64,000 nt of DNA from Nannocystales bacterium (GCA_050633305.1 JBOEGF010000015.1:64001-128000), one strand, 5' to 3'. Counted from the first letter of the stretch, positions 17,962 to 28,692 are shown. The notes: generated by a model from the sequence alone, not told the origin. Program-made: numbers and translations.

Positions 17962-19766
17962 ACACCTCCGAAGCCCTCACCGAACACGCGACCCGACTTC
18001 AGGCGATCGCCACCGAACTCGGCCTTTCCGACCTAGGCGAGACCATCGTCGAGGACACCGAGCGGCGCCTCTGCGACTCCCGCATTCGCGCGGTGGTGCT
18101 CGGAGAGATCAAGCAAGGCAAGAGCACGCTGATCAACGCGTTGTTGGGGCAAGACGTCCTGCCGACCGGCGTCACTCCCACCACTGGCGCGACCGTGGTC
18201 GTTCGCGAGGGGGATAGCCCCGGCCCCTACCTCCGCCGGGAGGACGACAGCCGGACCGAGCTCGAGCCCGAGCGCTTCAACCGACTCGCCAAGGGTCCAC
18301 TGACCAAGGACGCCGAGGTCGACGACGCGGACGCAGGCACGCTCGAGTACGAGATTGAATCGGGGACTCTGCCCGCCGCGCTGGAGCTGGTGGACACCCC
18401 CGGCATCAACGACATCGCGAAGTTCCGTGCGTCGGTGAGCCGCGGCGAGCTGCCCCGAGCGGACATCCTCATCCTGGCACTCGACGCGACCCAGCTTCTC
18501 AACCGCACCGAGATGGCATTCCTCCGCGATGCCGTCACCGCGGTCGGCGGGCTCGGGGACTCCGGCGCCACGTTGCTCCTCGCCGTCAACCGAATCGATC
18601 TCATCGCCGAACGCGAACGCCCTCGGCTCGTCGAATACATCGAGGACGAGCTCGCGTCGCTGAGCAGCGGCGACAAGAAGCCGTACGAGCTGTTCCTGAC
18701 CGACGCACGGACCGGGTGTCGCGACCCAGACGCGGAAACACCTGGCGCTCAAGGGGTCAAGGACCTTCGCGCGCGGCTGCACGAGCTGGCTGCTCACCGC
18801 GCTCAGGTCCTTCCGCTGCGGGCCCGCGCTGGCCTGGTGCGGCACGCCTCGCTGCTGGGCCACAACGCCTCCGTCGCGGCGCGGGCGCTCACGCTCGAGG
18901 CGAAAGCCCTTCGCCGCGAGGTTGAGCGTTTTGAAGACGACCTCAACAAGTACGGCAACGACATGACAGGCGTGCGCAACACCCTGTCCGCCCTGCGCGA
19001 AGAAGTCCTCGAGGCCAGTGCGGAGCGCCAGGCCGAGTTCCGCGCCGAGCTCGAGAGCTCCACCAAGGAAGCCCTTCGAACGATTTCGATGCGGCACCTC
19101 ACCGGTCCGTTCGCCGGAGCGTTGCACGATGCGTATCTGCAGTTCGCAAGCCGGGAGGCGGACGCTCTACGAAGTGCGCTCGACGAGATGACCCGCAAGG
19201 CCATCCTTGCCCAGTCAGAGCAAGCCCGCAGGCGGCTCTATCACGCGACTCTTCGCCTCGGCTTCCGCGGCCCAACGATCTACGTCGACCCGCCCAGCGC
19301 TGTCCTCGAAGCCAGCCTCGTCGCGGTCGGTGTCGCAGGGACCGCCATCATGTATCTGGGCAGCGCCATGACGGGCCTGGTCATGGCCATCGCCGGTCCG
19401 CTCACCACGCTCGTCCTGCGGGAGAAGGGACTCCGAGACGCGCGTGCGCGTGCCCTCGAGGAGTTGCCGAAGGCTCTTCAGACCGCCGACGATGCCTTTC
19501 GGGGACAGGTTCGCAGCACGGTCGACAAGCACATCGCCGCCCTGGACGAGCACCTCCAACTCGCCAACGTCGCGTTGGGCGATCAGCTTCGCGGTGTTCT
19601 CCATAAGGCGCAGGCCCGACTCGATGCGATCGAGAAGGGCTCCCCCGAGCCCAAGGACGAAAGCGAAGACCCAACCGCTCCCGAGCGCGCCAAGGCGTTG
19701 TCTCAGCTGCACGAACTCGAGCGCGAGATCGGCAGCATCCGCGGCCAGCTCGACGCTATCCGTTGA
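17958..19766 (+). CDS. Bacterial dynamin-like GTPase (DLP1)
   Basis: G1 GEIKQGKS, G2 GVTPTT, G3 DTPG, G4 NRID; helical stalk and hydrophobic paddle; GTGA overlap with upstream stop. Confidence 0.92.
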   Translation: MNTSEALTEHATRLQAIATELGLSDLGETIVEDTERRLCDSRIRAVVLGEIKQGKSTLINALLGQDVLPTGVTPTTGATVVVREGDSPGPYLRREDDSRTELEPERFNRLAKGPLTKDAEVDDADAGTLEYEIESGTLPAALELVDTPGINDIAKFRASVSRGELPRADILILALDATQLLNRTEMAFLRDAVTAVGGLGDSGATLLLAVNRIDLIAERERPRLVEYIEDELASLSSGDKKPYELFLTDARTGCRDPDAETPGAQGVKDLRARLHELAAHRAQVLPLRARAGLVRHASLLGHNASVAARALTLEAKALRREVERFEDDLNKYGNDMTGVRNTLSALREEVLEASAERQAEFRAELESSTKEALRTISMRHLTGPFAGALHDAYLQFASREADALRSALDEMTRKAILAQSEQARRRLYHATLRLGFRGPTIYVDPPSAVLEASLVAVGVAGTAIMYLGSAMTGLVMAIAGPLTTLVLREKGLRDARARALEELPKALQTADDAFRGQVRSTVDKHIAALDEHLQLANVALGDQLRGVLHKAQARLDAIEKGSPEPKDESEDPTAPERAKALSQLHELEREIGSIRGQLDAIR

Positions 19767-19845
19767 TCCTCAGCGCTGCGACCACGCGCAGAGGAGCCCA
19801 GCAGCGCCGCGGGCTGGGACATCCTCAGCCTGCTAAGCTCGTCGG

Positions 19846-21993
19846 GTGAGCGACGGCGAAACCTCCCTGCTCCACCGAGCGCGAGAGGTTCTGGCCTCGC
19901 TTCGGGAGCCGCGACCCGACGATGCGTCTCCGTCTGTGCCCGAGGCCGTGGCGCGCCAGGTCGCCGAATCATTGGCGCGTTGGCAAGGGAGTGCATCGGT
20001 CCGTCGTTTCCTTGGTGTCCCCGCCGGACACGATCGAATCGGTGCGGCGGGTGAGCCCGTGTGGCTGGAAGCGCGAGTCGGGCCCGTCGTGCAGCGGGGA
20101 GCCGCCGCGGTCCGGTTCGTGCTCGACGGCCAGCCTCTGGGGACCTCCGGCCTGAGCGAATCCGGGGGCGGGGGTGTCGACGTTCGGGTTCTCGAGCCTG
20201 GTGTTCACTCGGTCCAACTCGAACCGTTGACTGCAACCGGGGCCAGCCTCGGGCCTCCCGGTGTCGCGGGCGAGGTCAGGGTCCATATCGTGTCGACCGG
20301 GCCCGTGGTGGGAGTCGACGCCGAAATGGTGCTCGAGTCTGACCCGGAGTCCATCGACACGATCAGGCGGCTCGCTGTCGAGGGCGTTCAGGTCTTCTAC
20401 TTCGACTTGGACCCCACCGATCGAGCGGTCGCGATCCGGGCAGCGGTCGTCGGTCTTGGACTCCCCGATGGTGCCGTCCTCACGCACCCAGAAGCGGAGG
20501 AGGATATCGAGCCTGGCAACACGGACTTCAGTCGGGTCTTCGGTCTCACGACCGTCCGGCGCCTCCGGGCCAACGGGGTTCCCGTCGTCGCAGGGCTACG
20601 GGCCCAAACCAGCCCTCCTGCGGCTCCCTCAGTTCCGGTTTTCCGCCCTGACGAAGTCACGGCAGAGGTCATCGTCCGACTGCACCAAGACGCGCAGGCC
20701 TTTGAGGAGCGGAAAGTCCGGACCGACCCGCTCACCTGGCGGCTCGACGAAGCGACGAACACCCGACTGGTCGCCGGGAACTCGGTCGCCGCCGAGTTCG
20801 ACAACCGATTGGCGAGAGAGAGGCTGTTCGAGCTGGTAGAGGGCGCCGAACGATCGATCCATCTGCAGACTTACATCTTCAACGAAGGGCAGGTTGCCAA
20901 CGCCTTGGTCGTGCGACTCGTCCAACAAGCCCGCGCGGGCGTGGCCGTCCGGGTGATCGTGGACGCGCTGTATTCGGGCGAACAAGTTCTCGGCCGGAAG
21001 AACCCCCTCCTCGAATCCCTGTCTCTCGAGGACAACGTCGAGGTCGTTGTCGGGTCACCGATCGGTTTTGGGAGGTCTCTCGACAGTGTCACGTTGAAGC
21101 AACGGGACCACCGAAAGCTACTCATCGTCGACGGCCAGACAGGGTTCGTGACCGGCCGCAACATCTCGGACGCGTACTACCGCGGCTTTGACGAGACCCC
21201 GATTCACCACCACACCACCCACGAACACATCCCGTGGCTCGATGCGCACGTCGAGGCGACAGGCCCCGTCGTCGATGCACTGGAGGCGACGTTCACTGAG
21301 GCTTGGCTCAGCTACGGCGGCACCGAGCACCAGGATCTCACACCATGCGCATCTGCGTCGACGGGGTCCTGCGCTGCCCGGCTCGTCGTGCACAACGGCC
21401 TCGTCGATGCCAACGGCATGCTGCAGTACGAGGCGATGCTCGACGGAGCGCGCGACCACGTCTACATCGTCAACGACTTCCCCATCGTGCCCTCTCTCGC
21501 CTCCGCGATGCAACGCGCACTCGCACGAGGCGTGCGTCTGGTCCTTCTCACAGGCAACGCCGTCGCTCGCAGGGCGGACGGCTCCTTCTTTCCAGGCCCG
21601 GTCTACCGAGAGCTGTTCGACCACATGGTCAAGCAGCGCCTCGAGCCTCTGATTCGCAGCGGCGCACAGGTCTTCGAATACGTCGTGCCGCCCGAGCCCA
21701 TGATCGTTCCACAAGGCGGCGTGGTTCGGCCCTACGTGCACGCGAAGGTCATGTCCTGTGATGGCCGCGCGGCAAGCATTGGCTCCGCCAACCTCGACGC
21801 GACGGCGAGCTACTGGGAACACGAAGCCAACCTCGTGGTCCAAGACGAGGGATTCACCAACGATCTCGAGCAACAGATCGAGTCGATGATCACACGGGCT
21901 CACGCCATCGACCTCGACTCGGACTATTGGAAGCGGGATCGTGCGAAGCGAGCGATCGTCGCCAAACTCTGGCCCGCCGTAGTCTACTCGTAG
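19846..21993 (+). CDS. Phospholipase D / cardiolipin synthase-like enzyme with extra N-terminal domains
   Basis: Two HKD motifs (HRKLLIVD, HAKVMSCD) with GRNI and GSANLD. Confidence 0.92.
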   Translation: MSDGETSLLHRAREVLASLREPRPDDASPSVPEAVARQVAESLARWQGSASVRRFLGVPAGHDRIGAAGEPVWLEARVGPVVQRGAAAVRFVLDGQPLGTSGLSESGGGGVDVRVLEPGVHSVQLEPLTATGASLGPPGVAGEVRVHIVSTGPVVGVDAEMVLESDPESIDTIRRLAVEGVQVFYFDLDPTDRAVAIRAAVVGLGLPDGAVLTHPEAEEDIEPGNTDFSRVFGLTTVRRLRANGVPVVAGLRAQTSPPAAPSVPVFRPDEVTAEVIVRLHQDAQAFEERKVRTDPLTWRLDEATNTRLVAGNSVAAEFDNRLARERLFELVEGAERSIHLQTYIFNEGQVANALVVRLVQQARAGVAVRVIVDALYSGEQVLGRKNPLLESLSLEDNVEVVVGSPIGFGRSLDSVTLKQRDHRKLLIVDGQTGFVTGRNISDAYYRGFDETPIHHHTTHEHIPWLDAHVEATGPVVDALEATFTEAWLSYGGTEHQDLTPCASASTGSCAARLVVHNGLVDANGMLQYEAMLDGARDHVYIVNDFPIVPSLASAMQRALARGVRLVLLTGNAVARRADGSFFPGPVYRELFDHMVKQRLEPLIRSGAQVFEYVVPPEPMIVPQGGVVRPYVHAKVMSCDGRAASIGSANLDATASYWEHEANLVVQDEGFTNDLEQQIESMITRAHAIDLDSDYWKRDRAKRAIVAKLWPAVVYS

Positions 21994-22056
21994 ACCGCGG
22001 GCTTCGGCGTAGGCCTCCGGCATCCCGGGAGGGTCGGGCCGTGCAACACTTGGTGC

Positions 22057-22458
22057 ATGCGCCTCTGTTGTTGTGTCGCTGCGCAGGTCTTGTTTGCACC
22101 CGCGCTCGGGCACGCACACGAGGGTCACGAGAAAGAGACGTCCGACCCCGAGCAGCGTCGTGCCCGTCGCGGTGGGCTCGGCGACATGCAACTCGGGACA
22201 CCCATCGGACCGGTCGGTGACGTGCAGACATCCCTCAGACCCGCGTCCGCCCTCGGCGGTCAGGCCAGCAGCCGTGGCTTTGGCTACACAATCGGTGGAG
22301 GGGGGCGCGCCCTCGTGCTCGGTCGCCTCGTGCTCGGCGGCCGTGGGTTCGGCGTGTACTCGGCTCACATCGGTAGTGAGCGGGGCTTTGCGAAGATCAC
22401 CGGCGGCGGGGGATGGCCCGCGCCCGGCTCAGCGGTGGTTTTCTGCGCCTCACCCTAG
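22057..22458 (+). pseudogene. Probable truncated exported beta-strand (outer-membrane-like) protein
   Basis: Signal-like start, Gly/aromatic strands (GFGYTIGGGG...LVLGGRGFG) that end abruptly after KITGGGG. Confidence 0.4.
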
Positions 22459-22520
22459 GTGGCGGAGGATTCTGGTTCGACTGAGGTGATCGAAAGTTGC
22501 CGTGCTGGCACTGACCAAGC

Positions 22521-23270
22521 ATGGCTTTCCTGCTCGCGGCTTCGGTAACAATGGCCCTTGCCGTCCCGCCACCGTCCCCACCGACGAGCGAGGGCCCGCG
22601 GCGCAAGACCGCGGAACCGCAGCTGGGGCAGGACTCGGCCCGGGGCTTTGTTGTCGCAGGAGCGGTCCTCACAGGCCTCAGTACCTGGTCGTCCGGGATG
22701 ATCGCGTCGCGATACCTCGACTCTCGCAACGCGACCCAACAGGCCAGGGGTCGCGTTCTCCCGATTCCGTTCGCCGGTCCGATCGTGGCGGCGGCCATGG
22801 GAACTCGCACGCAGCAGCCGATCGCGGCGCTCGGCGTGATCCAGGGCGCGGGCCTCAGTTTTCTGACGATCGGCGCCGTCTCGCTTGCCCGCCACCGCCG
22901 GCTCGGCCACCGCCGAGGCCCGTTGATCTTCAACAAGGCGACCGGTGTTCTCGCCCTGACCCAAGGGGTCATGTGGTTGTCCGTGTCCTGGGGGATGACG
23001 TTCGGGTTTTCCCGTACCCGAGCCAAATCGGGGGATGCGTTCGCCCGCCGACTGCAAGTACCGATCATCGGCGGCTTGTGGGCAGCCCCGATCGCACCAA
23101 GCTACACCCGCGGATACCTCGGACTCACGAGCAGCGCGATTCAGATCGCGTCGGCGGCGGGCGTGGTTTTTGGTGCCGTCATGCTTCGCAAACACCACAA
23201 GAACAGGCTCTCGGTGATGCCCATGCCGACACCGGAGGGTCCCCGTCTCGTCGCCTCGATGCGGTTCTAG
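22521..23270 (+). CDS. Hypothetical membrane protein with internal duplication
   Basis: Two similar halves (LPIPFAGP / LQVPIIGG) with hydrophobic helices; ends ...EGPRLVASMRF. Confidence 0.7.
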   Translation: MAFLLAASVTMALAVPPPSPPTSEGPRRKTAEPQLGQDSARGFVVAGAVLTGLSTWSSGMIASRYLDSRNATQQARGRVLPIPFAGPIVAAAMGTRTQQPIAALGVIQGAGLSFLTIGAVSLARHRRLGHRRGPLIFNKATGVLALTQGVMWLSVSWGMTFGFSRTRAKSGDAFARRLQVPIIGGLWAAPIAPSYTRGYLGLTSSAIQIASAAGVVFGAVMLRKHHKNRLSVMPMPTPEGPRLVASMRF

Positions 23271-23302
23271 GGACGCCCCCCAGGGTCCATGGGAGCCCAG
23301 GA

Positions 23303-24052
23303 TCAGAAGCTCGCGCTGAACTCGAAGAACACCGCGCCGCCGGTCCTCGTGTTGTACCGAGCCCCTGCGTTGAAGTTGCCGCCCAGTGCCTGCCCGCTCT
23401 GCCCGATCGAGAAGTTCGTCGAGTTGTTCCCCGTGTTGTGACTGACACCCGCATTGAACCGCCCCATGTCGGTCCGCTGGCTGTATCGGGCGGAGAAGTT
23501 CGAGTCGCCCGTATCGAACGCGTTCTCGAACTGGATGCGCAACGTCCCCGGGCCGCGTTGTAGCTTGTAGTCAGCCTCGAACTCCTCGAGGCTCACCCCG
23601 AGCTTGAGCTTGCCGGGCAGACGGACTTTGTCGATGGGGACGGTGAGGGGGACCTTCGCCCGGCGGAGCGCGTCCTGAATCTTCGGCTCGATCTCATCCC
23701 AATTCATGACCCCGTACACCACGGTAGCGGCCGCCCCAGCCAGGATGATGACGGACCGTCCCTCCGGGGTCATCGAAGTGCAGAACTGCTGAACCTCGGC
23801 TGAGAACGCTTGGCCGGCCTGGTTGGCTTGGGTTGAGCTCACCCCCTGCTCTCGCAGCAGGTCTGCGACGAGACCGCGGGTTTGGGAGTCGACCTTCCTG
23901 CAGAGCTTGGGGTCGCCCACGATGTCCATCACCTGCTGATAGATCTCCGTTCCAGTACGCCTCGGATCTGCCACCCAATTGTCGTACAGGAATGTCAGCC
24001 CCCTGTCCAAGCGACAGGTTTTCGGGGCGCCGACGGCAGGCCACACCACCAA
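23303..24052 (-). CDS. Hypothetical protein, beta-strand-rich C-terminus ending in Phe
   Basis: Amphipathic strands ...GGAVFFEFSASF; true start uncertain. Confidence 0.6.
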   Translation of the reverse strand: MVVWPAVGAPKTCRLDRGLTFLYDNWVADPRRTGTEIYQQVMDIVGDPKLCRKVDSQTRGLVADLLREQGVSSTQANQAGQAFSAEVQQFCTSMTPEGRSVIILAGAAATVVYGVMNWDEIEPKIQDALRRAKVPLTVPIDKVRLPGKLKLGVSLEEFEADYKLQRGPGTLRIQFENAFDTGDSNFSARYSQRTDMGRFNAGVSHNTGNNSTNFSIGQSGQALGGNFNAGARYNTRTGGAVFFEFSASF

Positions 24053-24409
24053 CCGAGGGGACGTCGTGCAGGGCAGAGGCGGCGCCGCCGCCAGCGGGAG
24101 GGTGCGCCTGTACGAGGGCCCCTTGCGTGATCCATGCGTGCTCGGCCGACGAGGAGCGACGCAATGCCGTTCCGGGGCGATGTTGTACAGGCGACCTGCA
24201 TCTTAGGGACGCCCCCTAGAGTGAACCGCTGACCCGCCGACCACGTCACCCGAAGTGCGAGCAGCGTGTTCCTCCGAGCGACCGCGAACCTCGCCGTCCC
24301 GCGTCAGACTCACCGGAGCGACCTGACGCCGCGGGGTTCATCGGTGTCCGCCCCGGTCCGTGAGCGCTCGAACTCCGCTGGCCTGGCGCCGCTGCCCCAC
24401 GGCGGTGAG

Positions 24410-25669
24410 TCACGCGTGGCGCGGGAGCTCGGCCGGCCAGAGGTTGCCCAGTGGGTGGTCGGAAACCCCGGACCCATAGACGACGTCAATGCTCCGAGTG
24501 TTGCGACGGATGAAACCGGCGGCTTCGAGGGACTGAACCACGCAGCTCGAAGCGGTGAGTCCCGGCTCGGCGCTGGGTCCCTCGCCCGACCGACCCACTG
24601 GGCGAAAGACCTCGGTGTACAGCTTGGGAAAGGCTTCTCGGAAGCAGGCGAGGTGATGCTCGTTGATCCAGTAGCTCTCCTTTCCACCGGAAACGTACGC
24701 GCCCATCTGGGCCCGCGTCGCAAACTCTCGACGGCGCAGACCCATCCCGACGACCCGGTCGACCCCCGACGAGTCGGCGTGCGTCGAGAGCTTCATGCGA
24801 GCGTACGCTTCCGCCATGTCGCGGTCGGACGCAACGCCCGAGGCAAGCGGCCTCAGCGTGCTGCCGAAGCGCTTGAGAAACCCGTGGGCGAGGCTGAGCG
24901 AGACAGCGGCGGCCGCTCCGTCAGCCGCACCTCTGGCCATCACCTGTTCATTGTGCTTTCCGGGCATCGGAAGGTACGTGGCCCGGGTCGATCCTCCCAC
25001 AAGCATCCGAGACATGTCCTGCGGCTTGAAGGTCTCGCGACGTTCGTTCTTGGATAGGATCGCGCAGTAGTAGTTCACCGAAGACGGAACCCGACGCATG
25101 TCCATCTTGGTAAGGCCCAGCCCTTTTCCCGCGACCGGGTCGACCGCGAAGATGTTCATGCGGATCGAGCCGCCGAAGACTTCGTGAATTGCATTGGCAA
25201 TACGGATGCACGTGACCCCACCGCGACTCCACCCGACCATGTTCACCGTATGGATGGGAATCCGGTATTCGAACTTGAGCATCTGGAGGATGAACACCGT
25301 CCGGGCGATGTTGTCCCCCATTCCCTTGCCGGATAGTTTTCCCCGCATGGCCGTATGGTGGGCACCGCTTTGACCGGCGAAGTGTTCCGCGAAGGATGTA
25401 CGCCAGAATCCGCTCCGACCGTACTGGACCTGCTCATCCTTCTTGAGGCGCCCCGTGAACGGGTTTGTGTCCGTGGGCAACGGCAGGCCATCGGACTCGC
25501 TCCCCGGTCCTTCATTGATGACGTAGCAACCTCTTTGAAGAGTCCCGTTTCGTATCACAGCCTCCTGGCCCGACATCAGGTCATGAAGCGTCCCCACCAG
25601 CTCGCCGCGCGCACGGGAGTCCTCTCGGTTGAACCCCGTTCCATGGTTGAAAATCGTGAACACCGTCAT
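24410..25669 (-). CDS. Alpha/beta-hydrolase of Tle1/DUF2235-like type
   Basis: N-terminal FNHGTG, nucleophile elbow GWSRG, FAVDPV, MPGKH; GGAG RBS upstream. Confidence 0.75.
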   Translation of the reverse strand: MTVFTIFNHGTGFNREDSRARGELVGTLHDLMSGQEAVIRNGTLQRGCYVINEGPGSESDGLPLPTDTNPFTGRLKKDEQVQYGRSGFWRTSFAEHFAGQSGAHHTAMRGKLSGKGMGDNIARTVFILQMLKFEYRIPIHTVNMVGWSRGGVTCIRIANAIHEVFGGSIRMNIFAVDPVAGKGLGLTKMDMRRVPSSVNYYCAILSKNERRETFKPQDMSRMLVGGSTRATYLPMPGKHNEQVMARGAADGAAAAVSLSLAHGFLKRFGSTLRPLASGVASDRDMAEAYARMKLSTHADSSGVDRVVGMGLRRREFATRAQMGAYVSGGKESYWINEHHLACFREAFPKLYTEVFRPVGRSGEGPSAEPGLTASSCVVQSLEAAGFIRRNTRSIDVVYGSGVSDHPLGNLWPAELPRHA

Positions 25670-25975
25670 CCGTCAAGCTCTCCTTCAAAGCCTCGCCAAC
25701 GTTCGGGGCCCGGCTGAACGGCTCGGCGGACCTTCCAGCAGACACCACGGTTAACCATGGCTCGGTCCTGTTGAATCCTTCAGCTGCGAGCGCCTAATGT
25801 GCTCTCGCGATGCATCAATTCTCCGCAGCCGGCACGTGAAATCGAGATGAAAGCGAGAGCATCTGATTCTCGTGATGGAACCGCGTATATCCGGCCATCA
25901 CGTTCGTCGGTATTGCAATAGCTTCACCTCCCGGCTTACGGAGTAGCGGCGCACGGTGCCACCTGTGACTCGAGC

Positions 25976-27829
25976 TCAGCCCCCGAAGACCACGCCCCAG
26001 GCAGCCTTCACCATCAGACCGAGCTCCAGTTGTGAACGTTCGTCCCGAGGGACTCGTTCTCCGGAGAGGTACGTGTCCACGACCTCGATCTCGTTCCACT
26101 GTCTTGCCGGGACATCGTACGGGCTCGCCGAGAGCACCGTGAAGTCGGCCCGCTTGCCAACGGAGATGCTCCCCACCGAGGCCTCCGCGAAGATTTGCCA
26201 CGCGGCGTCGATCGTGACGGCTCGCAAGGCATCGTCGACGCTGATCCGTTCGTCTGGCCCAAGCACTCTCCCAGAACGTGTTGCTCGGGTCACCGCAGTC
26301 GAAAGAGCTCGGAACACGCCCAGTGGCGACGACGGCGTGTCGGTATGGATCGACGCACGGTGGCCCTCCTCGATCGCCGAGCCGATCGGCATGAACCTCG
26401 CAGCCCTTTGTGAGCCCACGATGTGGTCGTGTAGCGCGTCGCCGTAGTAACCCACATGATCCATGTAGAAGCTGACCGTGACCCCGAGCATCCGCGCACG
26501 ACGAAGTTGGGACCTCGTGATCAGCGCGTTGTGTTCCATTCGGTGCCGATGGTCGGTGCGTGGGAATGAACGCTGCGCGGCGTCGACGGCTCCGAGGAAC
26601 TGGTCGACGGCCCGCTCCCCCTGGGTGTGGGCTGCGACTTGCCACCCGGCACGGTGGTAGCGCTCGACGAGTCCCGCGAGTTCAGCGTCCGTGAAATGCA
26701 GCTCTCCGCGCGAACCCGAGGGGATTCCCAGGACGTCACGATTGAAGGGCCCGTCCACGTAGGACTCCTCCATCGCCATTCCCCCCGCGTACGGTGACCC
26801 GTCAACCCAGAGCTTCGGGCCGAGGACACGAAAACGTTCGTTTCCCTGCCCCGGGAGGAAGCTAGATTCGGCAAGCCGGTCGTGCAGCGGGTACGTGACG
26901 ACGCGAACCGGTGCCGCCCCGTCTTCGGCAGTGACTTGGGCGACGGCCAGATGATGCGGGATGGAAGGCTGCAACCCCGGAGCACACACGGTCGTGTACC
27001 CCGCCTGCGCGTACGCCCTCCATTGCTGGGCGAGCAACATCGCGTAGGCAGCGGTCGGATACTTGGGGACCGCCTCGCGAAGCTTGGCCATCGCCCCGAC
27101 CTCCTTGATCCCCCCGGTGAGCTCACCGTCCTCGTCTCGCTCGAAGTACCCACCCGCCGGGTCGGGACTGTCGCGAGTGATACCCGCAGCCGAGAACGCG
27201 GCCGAGTTGGCGTGTGCGGAGTGTAGTGTTTGCGCGATGATCAGCAGCGGGTTGTTCGGTGCAATCGCATCGAGTTCCGCCAACGTCGGAGGGGAGAGGT
27301 CGGGCACGAGTGCGGGGTCCCAGCCGTACGCAATGACCCACTCGCCGCCACCCGCCTGAGCGACCCCACGGTCGATGACCTCCATGACCTCGGCGCGTGT
27401 GCTGTGGTGAAACCCCGAGATGTCGAGGGTCTGACTCATCATGGCCGACAAAATCGGGTGGCTGTGAGCATCGATCAGCCCAGGAAGAAGGACGGCATCG
27501 CCGAGTTCGACAACCCGGGTCGCGGTCCCCTTGTATGCGAGCACCTCTTCTCGTGACCCGACCACGTGGATTCGTCCATCTCTGACCGCGACCGCTTCGG
27601 CCCTCGGACGTAACTCGTCGACCGTGATGATCTGCCCGAGCACAATGAGATCAGCCCGGTTCGGCTCTTCCTCGAGCGAGGGAACGGAACGCCCCAGGCT
27701 GGCGATCGTTCCCAACAGAGCGACCACGACGAGCGCGAGCGCGATGAACAGCAAGGTACGCCTACGAATGCGAGGCCGGCCGACACCACCCCGGGCCGGC
27801 GAACGCGAGGGGGTCTTCTTTGCGGTCAT
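25976..27829 (-). CDS. Amidohydrolase (amidohydro_3/YtcJ-like) with N-terminal membrane anchor
   Basis: PGLIDAHSH, KLWVDGS, HTQGE, RMEH, HTDTP, GSISVGKRADF. Confidence 0.93.
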   Translation of the reverse strand: MTAKKTPSRSPARGGVGRPRIRRRTLLFIALALVVVALLGTIASLGRSVPSLEEEPNRADLIVLGQIITVDELRPRAEAVAVRDGRIHVVGSREEVLAYKGTATRVVELGDAVLLPGLIDAHSHPILSAMMSQTLDISGFHHSTRAEVMEVIDRGVAQAGGGEWVIAYGWDPALVPDLSPPTLAELDAIAPNNPLLIIAQTLHSAHANSAAFSAAGITRDSPDPAGGYFERDEDGELTGGIKEVGAMAKLREAVPKYPTAAYAMLLAQQWRAYAQAGYTTVCAPGLQPSIPHHLAVAQVTAEDGAAPVRVVTYPLHDRLAESSFLPGQGNERFRVLGPKLWVDGSPYAGGMAMEESYVDGPFNRDVLGIPSGSRGELHFTDAELAGLVERYHRAGWQVAAHTQGERAVDQFLGAVDAAQRSFPRTDHRHRMEHNALITRSQLRRARMLGVTVSFYMDHVGYYGDALHDHIVGSQRAARFMPIGSAIEEGHRASIHTDTPSSPLGVFRALSTAVTRATRSGRVLGPDERISVDDALRAVTIDAAWQIFAEASVGSISVGKRADFTVLSASPYDVPARQWNEIEVVDTYLSGERVPRDERSQLELGLMVKAAWGVVFGG

Positions 27830-28089
27830 GCGGTTCGTTTTCGGTGGGACCGCCGGCGCGAGGTCGCGGCGGGTCAGGCCTCGAAGCCTACCGCGCTCCC
27901 GAGGCAACGGGTTGGAACCCACGGGGCCTTGACGCTCGAGGTGTCCCGACACGAGCGACCGAACAGTCCACTCAATACAAGCCCTCGAAACGCAGCCTAG
28001 ACAGTAGCGGTTGTGCGTGAGCACAGGGCCGAGCGCCTGGCTCGGAGATTGACACGAGGCGTAGCGGAACGGCGGGAACAACAGCGAGG

Positions 28090-28692
28090 CTAGAGATGAA
28101 GGCGGTCGCGGAGACTGCAGACCCAGTCATCGAACGAGTCGACCGCGCGACCACGTACGGACACGTCCGCTTCCACGCTGTCCCTCAGCTTGGCCTTGGC
28201 ACTGCGTAGTCGGGTGCGCACCGTTCCCTCGGGAAGGTCCAAGGCTTCCGCCAACTCAGGGCCCGTCAAGCCATCCCAGTAGTGCATCTGAAGCAGGAGT
28301 TGGTCCGCCAGCGGAATGGTGCGTAGCGCGAGAAGCAGCCGACGTTCTGCGTCCCGGTGGGCGATCACCGAGGTTGCAGAGGCGCCCAGCGCTTCGAGAC
28401 TCATCGCGCCGACGTCGACCTCCCGCGGGCGTCGCGATCGCGTGCGCCAATACATCAGCACCTTGTTTCGAGCGATGCCCATCAAATAGGCGCCAAAGCT
28501 CGCGTCCGCCCGGAACCGTGCACGCCCCTCGAGCGCTGCGACCAGGGTTTCCTGGACCAAATCCTCTGCCGCACCCGGAGCCGAGAGCTCGAAGAAACGA
28601 AACAGACGATCGAAGTGCCGGGTGAGGAGAGCTTGAGCCGCCCGTTCGTCCCCCAGGTCCCACGCCTCGAGCAACTCCTTCTCGGTGGGCAC
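28090..28692 (-). CDS. ECF sigma-70 factor
   Basis: ELLEAWDLGD, AEDLVQET, YLMGIARN, ELAEALDLPEGTVRTRL. Confidence 0.92.
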   Translation of the reverse strand: MPTEKELLEAWDLGDERAAQALLTRHFDRLFRFFELSAPGAAEDLVQETLVAALEGRARFRADASFGAYLMGIARNKVLMYWRTRSRRPREVDVGAMSLEALGASATSVIAHRDAERRLLLALRTIPLADQLLLQMHYWDGLTGPELAEALDLPEGTVRTRLRSAKAKLRDSVEADVSVRGRAVDSFDDWVCSLRDRLHL

